Of a stretch of 64,000 bases of DNA, positions 28,045 to 36,782 are shown piece after piece. The notes under the pieces are model-generated. The model had not been told where the DNA came from. It did no database searches and saw nothing but the letters and a program-made list of their open reading frames with translations. Made by a program: the position numbers and the translations under genes. The stretch lies in IMG/VR virus record IMGVR_UViG_3300008108_000006; one strand, 5' to 3'. Each line of letters starts with the position of its first letter. Positions within the stretch are counted from its first letter, which is position 1. The DNA is from a virus (lineage: Duplodnaviria > Heunggongvirae > Uroviricota > Caudoviricetes).

Positions 28045-28233
28045 ATGAAACCGACTTTAACGGATGTTGATTTTAACGAACTATTGGTGATGAACCGAAT
28101 TGTGACACGGTTGGTGGAACAAGATATGGTTCATTCTAAGGTTAGTAAGTTAGATATCGAGGTTAGGACTAAGTTGGAGTCGGTTTTGTTTTTATTGGAC
28201 GAAGTAAATAATTATTGCAATGACTATGTATAG
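28045..28233 (+). CDS. Hypothetical small protein
   Basis: ATG 28045 is preceded by a TAtcTTTG -7 box at 28033-28040. ORF-track 28003 start is trimmed. Confidence 0.45.
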   Translation: MKPTLTDVDFNELLVMNRIVTRLVEQDMVHSKVSKLDIEVRTKLESVLFLLDEVNNYCNDYV

Positions 28234-28531
28234 ACCATTACCACCAAACGTAACAATTAAGAACTCTAACATTGACGGATTGGGGTTATTTGCCGTGGAA
28301 CCCATAGTTTCGGGAACTGATTTGGGTATGACACATATTTTTGATGACAGAGTTGAGGATGGTTTGATCCGACTACCGATGGGAGGGTTTTTTAACCATT
28401 CTAAGACACCTAATTGTAAGGTGGTAGAGGTTTTATCGCCGATCCATCATTTACGATTGGTGGTAATATCTAACGTCAATACCGGTGAAGAATTAACTGC
28501 TGAATACACAATGTACGATCCAACAAAATGA
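28220..28531 (+). CDS. Minimal SET-domain protein-lysine methyltransferase (vSET-like)
   Basis: GLGLFAVEPIVSGTDLG, FFNHSKTPNC (the NHSxxPN pseudoknot motif) and GEELTAEY (the ELTxxY post-SET motif). Only 103 aa, like chlorovirus vSET. Confidence 0.65.
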   Translation: MTMYRPLPPNVTIKNSNIDGLGLFAVEPIVSGTDLGMTHIFDDRVEDGLIRLPMGGFFNHSKTPNCKVVEVLSPIHHLRLVVISNVNTGEELTAEYTMYDPTK

Positions 28532-28559
28532 TTTTAACGATTATATTAACAATTATTGT

Positions 28560-29075
28560 ATGGGAACTATTAAAGAAACTATTTTGGATATTGGTAAACC
28601 GATCCGCAGACTGATCAACAACATTCGGATGTCTTGGCGATGGGCTAAGTTCGGTTGGAATGATAGGGACTTTGATTATGTATATCTCTACAACGTAATG
28701 AAGTTTAAGATTGACAATATGGAAAAAACATTTGTCAAATATGGGTATCACGATAACAACGATTATGCAACATCAAGAATGAGATTGATATCTAGACTAC
28801 TAGATAAAGTTTCAACTGAGTTCTATGAGATGGAATATTGGGATTACATATATGATGAAAACCATAACAAGATTGATAAGATTGACAATTACCTCGAAGC
28901 AAATAAACACAATTACAGAAGATCGGGAAAACACTTTTCAACAAGAGGTAGGAATATGAAGTCATTCAGTGTTAAGGAGGCTTGTGCTATGGATATTGGA
29001 TATTACAAACATAAGAAAGCAAAACGATTATTATTCCAACTCTTGGAACATCGTATTGATTGGTTTTGGGATTAA
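28560..29075 (+). CDS. Hypothetical protein
   Basis: ORF track, 171 aa. Confidence 0.5.
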   Translation: MGTIKETILDIGKPIRRLINNIRMSWRWAKFGWNDRDFDYVYLYNVMKFKIDNMEKTFVKYGYHDNNDYATSRMRLISRLLDKVSTEFYEMEYWDYIYDENHNKIDKIDNYLEANKHNYRRSGKHFSTRGRNMKSFSVKEACAMDIGYYKHKKAKRLLFQLLEHRIDWFWD

Positions 29076-29085
29076 AAATAAAATT

Positions 29086-29610
29086 ATGAAACGAAGTGAA
29101 ACATTTAATAACCTTTTGGAATCAATAACCCCTGAAATGGAAGAAAATTGGAAACAACAAAGAATTGAAACGAAGAATAATTTAACTTCAGAATACCAAC
29201 TTGGTTATTATGTCGGTGAATATATAGTGAATCGGTATTTACCAACCCTATCAACTGATATGATTCAAAATCGCAGAGTTATTACCGTATCTGAAGAAGA
29301 CACTGAGGAAAACAAGAGACTAGAATCTGAGTGGTTTAACTCTAAACGTCCAAATGAAGAAGGTAGTAAGGATAAATGGGATTTATATCATCAACACAAT
29401 AAGATGTTGGAAAAAAAGTATCTTCCAAACCCTCTTATTTGTCATTTAGGACCTCTTAATATCCTGAATATGGATGAGTTTAAGAAAGGGTTGCGTTATT
29501 CGTTATGGGATTGTGATATTTGTTCATATAATATTGAACCTGAGAATATCAAGATATATGATGATGAGGATGTTAGATTTACCATTGTGGAACTTAAATT
29601 AGGTGAATAA
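29086..29610 (+). CDS. Hypothetical protein
   Basis: ORF track 28969..29610, trimmed to ATG 29086 (MKRSETFNNLLESI). Confidence 0.45.
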   Translation: MKRSETFNNLLESITPEMEENWKQQRIETKNNLTSEYQLGYYVGEYIVNRYLPTLSTDMIQNRRVITVSEEDTEENKRLESEWFNSKRPNEEGSKDKWDLYHQHNKMLEKKYLPNPLICHLGPLNILNMDEFKKGLRYSLWDCDICSYNIEPENIKIYDDEDVRFTIVELKLGE

Positions 29611-29614
29611 AATT

Positions 29615-29863
29615 ATGAAACACGTATCGGCAATTGCCAAAGATGAGAATTGTTTGGAAATCCATTCAGATGATTTTGGGGTGGTAAATGTTAAAGTATT
29701 GGATGATGAACGTAAATTAATGGTCAAAATGGAAAATATTACAATAAAGGAACCATTGACCATTTGTTTATACACCGGAAAACCGATGTTTGTTGAGGTC
29801 CAAGAGGGTAAAGAAATTTTGGTACAATATGTAAAATTTTCTGGAAAAGATTTGTATAATTAA
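29615..29863 (+). CDS. Hypothetical protein
   Basis: The ORF track starts at GTG 29603. ATG 29615 (MKHVSAIAKDEN) is preferred. Confidence 0.45.
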   Translation: MKHVSAIAKDENCLEIHSDDFGVVNVKVLDDERKLMVKMENITIKEPLTICLYTGKPMFVEVQEGKEILVQYVKFSGKDLYN

Positions 29864-29898
29864 AAATTGTCCTTTACCTTTGTTGTCACAAACAATAA

Positions 29899-30309
29899 AT
29901 GTGTATGAAACACAACATAATCAAAACAGAAAACTATCTAGTTGTTGTAGATGATTCAGAGATTAAAGAAGGTGATTATGGATTTATTACTTCTGCAGTA
30001 ATGTCTTATGATGCTATGCTAAAAGAATGGAATCAACCATTAGGTTCAAAAATCATTACTCACCTACCAATAAACGATTCACCTATCCTTCAAGGAGTAC
30101 CACTACTTCCAATATTGGATGAAGGAGTTTTTGTAACACCTACTCACTTTGAGTTTGAGATGGAGAAACAATTTGAATACAGAAAAACAACGAATAATTG
30201 TATAACAGGGTTTACATCACTTCCTTATCCAACAAATGAGGTTAAACCAAGAACAACAACCAACTCACAAGGACAAACACAAGTAGTAGGGAGGTATATT
30301 TTTAATTAA
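29899..30309 (+). CDS. Hypothetical protein
   Basis: ORF track. A TAccTTTG box lies at 29875-29882. Confidence 0.5.
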   Translation: MCMKHNIIKTENYLVVVDDSEIKEGDYGFITSAVMSYDAMLKEWNQPLGSKIITHLPINDSPILQGVPLLPILDEGVFVTPTHFEFEMEKQFEYRKTTNNCITGFTSLPYPTNEVKPRTTTNSQGQTQVVGRYIFN

Positions 30310-30365
30310 AAAAGTTTTGGAAATTAAAAAAATAGTTTTAACTTTGTATCGTTAAACAAAATAAG

Positions 30366-30659
30366 ATGTTCAAATTTTTCACGTCAGGGGTTTTTTGGTG
30401 TTTCATCGTGTTACCCGTCGCATCAGTTTCACTGATAGTTGCTTGTCACGATGAACCTCACAGATATGTGGGAGTTGTAACTTCGGTTAGTAGTTGGAAT
30501 GGTGACGCTACATTAAAAACGAAGACAGAAACCGGAAAAGACACAACACTTAAGGTTGTTGCTAGAAAATATGAACATTTTGTAGAAGGTCAGGTCATCA
30601 CTGTTTGGACTGGTGGTGACCTGTTTGACGGAATCGCATCTACAGAACCACAACATTAA
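30366..30659 (+). CDS. Hypothetical protein with an N-terminal hydrophobic segment
   Basis: ORF track. A TAacTTTG box lies at 30339-30346. Confidence 0.5.
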   Translation: MFKFFTSGVFWCFIVLPVASVSLIVACHDEPHRYVGVVTSVSSWNGDATLKTKTETGKDTTLKVVARKYEHFVEGQVITVWTGGDLFDGIASTEPQH

Positions 30660-30672
30660 AATTATTAAAACA

Positions 30673-31074
30673 ATGTCAAATAAAGTAGTACATTTAGACA
30701 CAACTAAAATCGTTTCTATTCACGAGTATAAAGAAACGGAAGTTAATTATTGGGAATGGAGACCTGAAATTAAGGAACGTTCTTATTTGTTTGGTCTTAT
30801 CCGTTTAGAAGGTAAAAAGGCGGGTTGGGTTGATACTGCCGAACTATGGGACTCTGATGATAGATTAGGTGATGATAAGTTAAAAAAGAAAGGATATAAA
30901 GTTTATCCTTGGAATGAGAGGGTCACTAACCGAGTGGTTAGAATGGCTCACGTTAAAGTGGTGTTTGTTAATGGTTATGAATATAATTGTGACTTTGGAA
31001 CAAATACCGAAATGATTAATTGGATCAGAGACCTAAAAATTAATATAACAAACAAAAAATTTATCTTAGTATAA
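30673..31074 (+). CDS. Hypothetical protein
   Basis: ORF track 30613..31074, trimmed to the internal Met MSNKVVHLD. Confidence 0.45.
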   Translation: MSNKVVHLDTTKIVSIHEYKETEVNYWEWRPEIKERSYLFGLIRLEGKKAGWVDTAELWDSDDRLGDDKLKKKGYKVYPWNERVTNRVVRMAHVKVVFVNGYEYNCDFGTNTEMINWIRDLKINITNKKFILV

Positions 31075-31076
31075 TT

Positions 31077-31307
31077 ATGAAAACGTTTTTTTTATCACTC
31101 GCACTATTCACACTTTTGAGTTGTGAAAAAGTGGCTCAAACATCAATCTCTAATGATGTTAGAAAAAATGAAGAATCAACCAAACTTGAATGCTCAGGTA
31201 GGTATGATATCTCGGCAGGTACACTTTATGTTTACGATTTAGATGGTCACACAATTTACATTGTTGAGGGTACGTCATCCAATTACCCTGTAGGTATCTC
31301 AGAATAA
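31077..31307 (+). CDS. Small lipoprotein
   Basis: MKTFFLSLALFTLLSCEK is a lipobox (LLSC). Confidence 0.5.
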   Translation: MKTFFLSLALFTLLSCEKVAQTSISNDVRKNEESTKLECSGRYDISAGTLYVYDLDGHTIYIVEGTSSNYPVGISE

Positions 31308-31315
31308 CGAAGACT

Positions 31316-31561
31316 ATGAAAGAACGTATTATAAAAATTGGTAGGGTTTTATTGGATATTATCCTATTCGTATCGGCACTCGCCTTTTCATCACAAATTA
31401 TAACTTGGGGAACCAAGTTGATGAACCAATCAAGTAACCTTCTAATGTTTTTAGGTGTGTTGGTTTGTATCGTTGGTGTATTTGGTATTGTATTAACAAT
31501 CAACGAAGGAGTGAAAGAAGTGTTAAAGTTATTCCCAACAAACAAAGAAGAAAACAATTAA
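31316..31561 (+). CDS. Small membrane protein with two TM helices (holin-like topology)
   Basis: LLDIILFVSALAFSS and LMFLGVLVCIVGVFGIVL are hydrophobic helices. Confidence 0.45.
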   Translation: MKERIIKIGRVLLDIILFVSALAFSSQIITWGTKLMNQSSNLLMFLGVLVCIVGVFGIVLTINEGVKEVLKLFPTNKEENN

Positions 31562-31574
31562 ATTTTAATAAACT

Positions 31575-32432
31575 ATGGAAACGATTTCAAAAATCAAAAT
31601 CGCATTAGGTCTGGTGGGTCTATTGCTAGTGTTAATCTTATTCTCAAATTCTTGTGAGAGGATTGACGCAGGTCACGTTGGTGTCAAAGTAAATTTGTAT
31701 GGTGATGGTAAAGGTATTGACGATATTACCGAAGTTACGGGTATCGCATTTTACAATCCATTCAGTCAGAAAATTTATGAATTCCCAACCTTTGTTCAAC
31801 ATAAAGAATATACCAAAACAGATGATCAAGATGAATCATTTGTGGTGAATTCAAAAGATGGATCAGAATTCCACGTAAGTCCAATCATTAACTATTCGGT
31901 AAAACGTGAGAGAGTACCTTATATCTTTGGAAAATATCGTAGAGATTTACCATCAATTGAGGAAGGATTCTTAAAGACTACAGTTTATGATGCGTTTAGA
32001 ATGATTGCTAACTCATATACCGCAGATGAAATGGTATCTCAGAGACAAAATTTTGAAAACAAAGTTCGTCGTCTTTTGGATAGTGTGTTAGTACCTGAAG
32101 GTTTTATCATCGGTCAAATGACATCTAATCTAGGTTATCCAAAACAATTCAAAGACGCAATTATTGCAAAGAATAATGCAATTCAATTAGGTTTAACCGC
32201 AGAAAATAGAGTTAAAACCGCACAAGCCGAGGCGAAAATCAAAGTGGCGACCGCAGAAGGTAATGCACAAGCAATGTTAACCCAAGCAAAGGCAGAGGCA
32301 GAAGCGAATAAGTTAAAACAATCAACCCTTACACCTATGTTGTTACAACAAATGTGGATCACAAAATGGAACGGTACTTTACCTTCCACACAACTCGGTT
32401 CAGGGACCAATATGATGTATAACGTAAAATAA
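31575..32432 (+). CDS. SPFH/band-7 (stomatin/prohibitin/HflC-like) membrane protein
   Basis: N-terminal TM helix. KDAIIAKNNAIQLGLTAENRVKTAQAEAKIKVATAEGNAQAMLTQAKAEAEANK is a typical SPFH C-terminal coiled region. Confidence 0.6.
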   Translation: METISKIKIALGLVGLLLVLILFSNSCERIDAGHVGVKVNLYGDGKGIDDITEVTGIAFYNPFSQKIYEFPTFVQHKEYTKTDDQDESFVVNSKDGSEFHVSPIINYSVKRERVPYIFGKYRRDLPSIEEGFLKTTVYDAFRMIANSYTADEMVSQRQNFENKVRRLLDSVLVPEGFIIGQMTSNLGYPKQFKDAIIAKNNAIQLGLTAENRVKTAQAEAKIKVATAEGNAQAMLTQAKAEAEANKLKQSTLTPMLLQQMWITKWNGTLPSTQLGSGTNMMYNVK

Positions 32433-32452
32433 TTAAAAAAACATTTCAAGGG

Positions 32453-32478
32453 GGGTTGGTAATACCAACCCTTTTTTA
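32453..32478 (+). terminator. Intrinsic terminator (gggttggt/accaaccc hairpin plus T6)
   Basis: Read directly. It is followed by a TAtcTTTG box at 32479-32486 and ATG 32491. Confidence 0.5.
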
Positions 32479-32490
32479 TATCTTTGTGTT

Positions 32491-33465
32491 ATGGCAGAAA
32501 CATTAAACTTAGTAAATCCAAACGACATTTTATCATTCAAATATGAAATCAGTCGTTTTCCCGATGGTCAACAATCTTTAAGATTGGTTGAAGATGGGTA
32601 CAACACTTTTAATTCACTCAAAGAAAACTCACAAGGAATAACAATCAAATCTCGTTTGAATACGTTTCAGGATTTGGAAATTATTATTTGTGCAACACAA
32701 GCACTGAAAGAGGTTGGTGTTAATCGTATTCGTCTTTATATTCCATATTGTATGGGTGCAAGAAGTGACCGTAAGTTTATGGAAGGTGGAATAAATTATG
32801 TTAAGACAGTTATCGCACCTATCATCAACTCACAAGGTTATGAACAAGTAATCATCCTTGATCCGCACTCAGACGTTCTTGAAGCATGTATCAATAATTT
32901 TAAGAAGAAGGATACATCCGATTTACTTGATTTTGCTTTTCGTGATTATTTTATCTCAAAAGGTTTTGAAACTTTCGATGCAAGTAATTTTGATGGGGTT
33001 CGTTTGGTATCACCCGATGCCGGTGCTTTGAAAAAGGTGTTTCACGCAGCAGAACAAATCAAATACAAAAATGAAGTCATCATAGCATCAAAACATCGTA
33101 ATCTTGAAACCGGTAAAATTGATTACACAAATGTACCGATGTCTGTAAATGATGCCGATAAAGATGTCTTTATTCTTGATGACATTTGTGATGGTGGTAG
33201 AACATTCACTGAGATTGCCAAAGCAATTAATGAGGTTAGAAAATTATCAAGTTCGGTTCAACCAGAACAATATGGTAAAAATTATTTGATTGTCACTCAC
33301 GGTATTTTCAGTTCAGGATTTGATTCTCTTTCCCAATACTTTGATGGTATCTATACCACAAACAGTGTTAAGGATATTCAAGATGGTACCATCGTTAATA
33401 CATTCTCAAGACACAAAACCATTGATTCTTTAGTTAAACAACTCAACGTATTTTATTATGGATAA
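32491..33465 (+). CDS. Ribose-phosphate pyrophosphokinase family protein (PRPP synthetase or ADPR-pyrophosphate synthetase Adps of NARP1)
   Basis: Prs-family fold signature ...RLVSPDAGALKKV... and the ribose-5-P loop DDICDGGRT. Genomic pairing with a NAMPT homolog. Confidence 0.55.
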   Translation: MAETLNLVNPNDILSFKYEISRFPDGQQSLRLVEDGYNTFNSLKENSQGITIKSRLNTFQDLEIIICATQALKEVGVNRIRLYIPYCMGARSDRKFMEGGINYVKTVIAPIINSQGYEQVIILDPHSDVLEACINNFKKKDTSDLLDFAFRDYFISKGFETFDASNFDGVRLVSPDAGALKKVFHAAEQIKYKNEVIIASKHRNLETGKIDYTNVPMSVNDADKDVFILDDICDGGRTFTEIAKAINEVRKLSSSVQPEQYGKNYLIVTHGIFSSGFDSLSQYFDGIYTTNSVKDIQDGTIVNTFSRHKTIDSLVKQLNVFYYG

Positions 33466-33892
33466 TTATTTTGAATTAAATCCCGAATCCAAACCATTCT
33501 TGGATAGATTGGTAACTGAATGGGAACAACACGGTAAGATTATTATTGCCTGTGACTATGATGACACTATTAGTCCTTGGAAAATGCACAACAATGACTT
33601 TAATCGTGTTATCCGTGTTTTGAAAGCAGCAAAATTTACGGGAGCATACTTGGTTATCTTCACAGCGTGTGACACCCAAAGATATGATGAGATTAAATCA
33701 TATTGTAAATCAAAAGATTTGGAGATTGATTCCATTAACCAAACACCGATTGACTTACCTTATGGTAAGAATGGTAAGGTATATGCTAACATTTTCATTG
33801 ATGATCGTGCAGGATTGAACGAATCTTTGAATATTTTGGAATCCGCGACATATATTATTCGGGGAAAAAGTCAAAAATATTTTGAATTCTAA
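33458..33892 (+). CDS. Hypothetical protein with weak HAD-like motifs (IIIACDYDDTIS ... IFIDD)
   Basis: ORF track. The motifs are only approximate matches to DxDxT and motif IV. Confidence 0.35.
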   Translation: MDNYFELNPESKPFLDRLVTEWEQHGKIIIACDYDDTISPWKMHNNDFNRVIRVLKAAKFTGAYLVIFTACDTQRYDEIKSYCKSKDLEIDSINQTPIDLPYGKNGKVYANIFIDDRAGLNESLNILESATYIIRGKSQKYFEF

Positions 33893-33929
33893 AAAATAAA
33901 AATTAACTTTGTAACGTTAAAAACAAATT

Positions 33930-35453
33930 ATGATAAATCCATTTTTATTAGCAGATGGGTACAAGGTTGGTCACCACCAACAGTATCCAAAAGGAACAAC
34001 ATTAGTTTATTCCAATTTTACACCAAGAAGTAACAAACACGCACCGAAAGGGTGTAACGAAGTTGTTGTGTTTGGAACACAAATGGTGATGAAACAAATT
34101 CACGAAATGTTTGATTTAGGTTTTTTCAAACGACCAAAATCGGAAGTTTGTGATGAAATCCAACGAGAACTTACGATGTATTTGGGAACAGATTACGACA
34201 CATCACACATCGAAGCATTACACGACTTGGGTTATTTACCAATTCACGTTAAAACCTTAGCCGAAGGAACATTGGCACCGATTAAAGTTCCGGTATTAAC
34301 AATTTACAATACTGTTCCTGAATTTTATTGGATTACAAACTTTTTGGAGACCATTTTATCCAACTTGTTATGGAAACCTATGACCTCGGCAACTATCGCC
34401 AGACAATACCGAAAAGTTTTGAATGGATGGATGGAAAAAACGGATCCATCAAATGCTTGGTTTGTTGATTGGCAAGGGCACGACTTCTCAATGAGGGGGA
34501 TGGATTCTGTAGAAGCGGTTATCGCATCAGGTCTTGGTCACTTAACATCATTTTCAGGTTCAGATTCTCTTCCTACAATTTATGGAGCACGTAAATACTA
34601 CAACGAAACTGATTTTGTTTGTGGTTCTGTTCCCGCAACCGAACACTCGGTAATGTGTGCCGGTGGGAAAGAAGATGAGGTGGATACATTCCGTAGATTA
34701 CTTGAGACATATCCAAAAGGTATTTTATCAGTAGTATCGGACACTTGGGACTTATGGAAAGTCTGTACCGAACACGTGGTAACATTGAAAGAAGAAATCT
34801 TGGCTCGTGATGGTAAGTTGGTTATTCGTCCTGACTCTGGAGATCCTGTTGATATTCTTTGTGGTAAAGGAATTTACCAAGCCGGCGATAGATTATTAAC
34901 TAATGACGAAATTGATGAAGACGTATATGCCCCAGAGTTCAAAGGTGTTATCGAATTACTTTGGGATGTATTTGGTGGCACAATAAATGAGCAAGGTTAT
35001 AAAGTTCTTGACCCCCACATCGGAGCAATTTATGGTGATAGTATTACCATTGAACGTGCTGATGAAATCTGTCGTAGATTAGAATCAAAAGGTTTCGCAT
35101 CAACAAATGTGGTTCTTGGTATTGGTTCATTCACTTACCAATACAATACCCGTGATACATTTGGATTTGCAATGAAGGCAACTTATGTAGAGGTTAATAA
35201 ACCAAAATTCCCTGGTGATTTTAATCCTGAAGGTCGTGAAATCTTCAAGGACCCAATCACAGATGATGGAACCAAGAAATCCGCAACAGGGTTGTTATGT
35301 GTTGAAGAACACGATGGTAAAATTGGTTTATACGACAAGGTATCTTGGGCAACTGAGGCAGACGGACTTTTACTATCAATTTATGTTGATGGTGAGTTTA
35401 TCTATAGAACCACATTAACCGAAGTCAGGAATAAGGTTAAAGAGAGTTTGTGA
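33930..35453 (+). CDS. Nicotinamide phosphoribosyltransferase family protein (NadV/NAMPT or the Namat enzyme of NARP1)
   Basis: N-terminus MINPFLLADGYKVGHHQQYP is the hallmark NAMPT start. Length 507 aa. A TAacTTTG box lies at 33904-33911. Confidence 0.65.
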   Translation: MINPFLLADGYKVGHHQQYPKGTTLVYSNFTPRSNKHAPKGCNEVVVFGTQMVMKQIHEMFDLGFFKRPKSEVCDEIQRELTMYLGTDYDTSHIEALHDLGYLPIHVKTLAEGTLAPIKVPVLTIYNTVPEFYWITNFLETILSNLLWKPMTSATIARQYRKVLNGWMEKTDPSNAWFVDWQGHDFSMRGMDSVEAVIASGLGHLTSFSGSDSLPTIYGARKYYNETDFVCGSVPATEHSVMCAGGKEDEVDTFRRLLETYPKGILSVVSDTWDLWKVCTEHVVTLKEEILARDGKLVIRPDSGDPVDILCGKGIYQAGDRLLTNDEIDEDVYAPEFKGVIELLWDVFGGTINEQGYKVLDPHIGAIYGDSITIERADEICRRLESKGFASTNVVLGIGSFTYQYNTRDTFGFAMKATYVEVNKPKFPGDFNPEGREIFKDPITDDGTKKSATGLLCVEEHDGKIGLYDKVSWATEADGLLLSIYVDGEFIYRTTLTEVRNKVKESL

Positions 35454-35612
35454 TGGAAATAAAAATCATCAAAAGCAAATACGTTAATAAACACAACGAT
35501 GTGTTTTTATTACATATGGGATATAAACACTACGATTTGGGGTTTCAAATCCATTCTTGGGGTCTTAGATTTATGTTTATTTGGTGGCACTTGTGTATTC
35601 GCTTTTAATTAA
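35454..35612 (+). CDS. Possible small ORF (52 aa) overlapping the NAMPT stop. Doubtful.
   Basis: ATG overlaps the TGA of the upstream gene. MEIKIIKSKYVNKHNDVFLLHMGYKHYDLGFQIHSWGLRFMFIWWHLCIRF. Confidence 0.2.
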
Positions 35613-35633
35613 AAATAATTGATTATTTTTTAA

Positions 35634-35661
35634 CCCCGAGATTTAGTTTTCGGGGTTTTTT
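35634..35661 (+). terminator. Intrinsic terminator (ccccga/tcgggg hairpin plus T-tract)
   Basis: Read directly. Confidence 0.5.
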
Positions 35662-35684
35662 ATTACTAAGCTATATTTAATTAT

Positions 35685-36494
35685 ATGAGTAAGATAGTGA
35701 GATTAAAAGAATCTGATGTAGTCAATATAGTTAAAAGGATTTTAACTGAACAACAGGTAACAAAACAACCAATTAAGATAGGTTGTCGTGACTATGACAA
35801 GATAGAAAAATACTGTACTAATATAAAATTTTCAAAATCAGAGGTAGACTCAATAGGTCGGACGAATACGTCACAGGTTAATCAACGTCTATTAGAAAAA
35901 ATTGATAATATGTCAAATAGTATTAAAAAGATAGGGGGTGAAGACAATAAAGCATTTGCTGAAAGATTTTCAAAGTCAATTAATTCAGCAAAAAAGGATA
36001 TTGTTAAAATTTTATCAAAATATTATTACACAGGTCTTTATAGTTTAACAGGTCAGGGTTGGAAAATAAATAAATCCACTCTAACTTTAGAAATTATGAA
36101 CATAATATATTCTCTTTTTTTAAAAGGATGGAATAGTAGTATTGTTGATCGTAATGTTGCAAAATATTATGTAGATGAAAAAAACATCGAAAAAGTTCAA
36201 AAAGTAGGTAAGGATCTTTTAGAAAACCTTCTAATTGAGATAGAAAGTACTGTTGATTTTTATTTTTCAGATTTATCCGCCTTCGTCATTGACAATTATA
36301 CCAGATCAAAATCCACACCAAAATGTACTGACGTAATAATTACCCAAGATAGAGGTTGTAATGATTTACCTGAAGAGAAATGGTATAGCCCAAATAAGAA
36401 ATACATTACTACTTACCAAATATATGGGGATTACAAACCAGCATTTAACACTTACTCACCAATATTGACAAAGTTTTTAAATAGTTTAGTGTAA
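35685..36494 (+). CDS. Hypothetical protein with the family N-terminus MSKIVRLKESDVVNIVKRILTEQ
   Basis: ORF track. Confidence 0.55.
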   Translation: MSKIVRLKESDVVNIVKRILTEQQVTKQPIKIGCRDYDKIEKYCTNIKFSKSEVDSIGRTNTSQVNQRLLEKIDNMSNSIKKIGGEDNKAFAERFSKSINSAKKDIVKILSKYYYTGLYSLTGQGWKINKSTLTLEIMNIIYSLFLKGWNSSIVDRNVAKYYVDEKNIEKVQKVGKDLLENLLIEIESTVDFYFSDLSAFVIDNYTRSKSTPKCTDVIITQDRGCNDLPEEKWYSPNKKYITTYQIYGDYKPAFNTYSPILTKFLNSLV

Positions 36495-36553
36495 AACACT
36501 TAAACAAGTTTAGTTTTCGGGGGTTTTTATTATCTTTGTATCCAAATTAGGTT

Positions 36554-36778
36554 ATGAAAAGGTTATTATTGTTGGTATTTTTATTCACACTCTCTTGTTT
36601 TGATTCCAAAACAGAACAAAAAGATGTGTATTATATCGTTGTTAAATTAAAGGAAACCAAAGAGTTTTCAAAGTATTATTATTCCACGGATCTTGAAAGG
36701 TCCTCGGGTCTTTTATATGAAAGATCATTTATTGATTCTTCAAATAAATATTTTGTCGGAGACACGGTAATCAGGTAA
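36554..36778 (+). CDS. Small lipoprotein
   Basis: MKRLLLLVFLFTLSCFDSK lipobox. A TAtcTTTG box lies at 36531-36538. Confidence 0.5.
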   Translation: MKRLLLLVFLFTLSCFDSKTEQKDVYYIVVKLKETKEFSKYYYSTDLERSSGLLYERSFIDSSNKYFVGDTVIR

Positions 36779-36782
36779 GGAG

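Noticed and set aside
28220-28531. Re-evaluated a eukaryotic giant-virus origin because of the vSET-like SET protein and the possibly intron-bearing tRNA-like genes
   Set aside because: The TAnnTTTG Bacteroidetes promoters, the many rho-independent terminators, the ATGA operon overlaps, the lipobox lipoproteins, the T9SS CTD and the GH19 endolysin all indicate a bacteriophage of a Bacteroidetes host.
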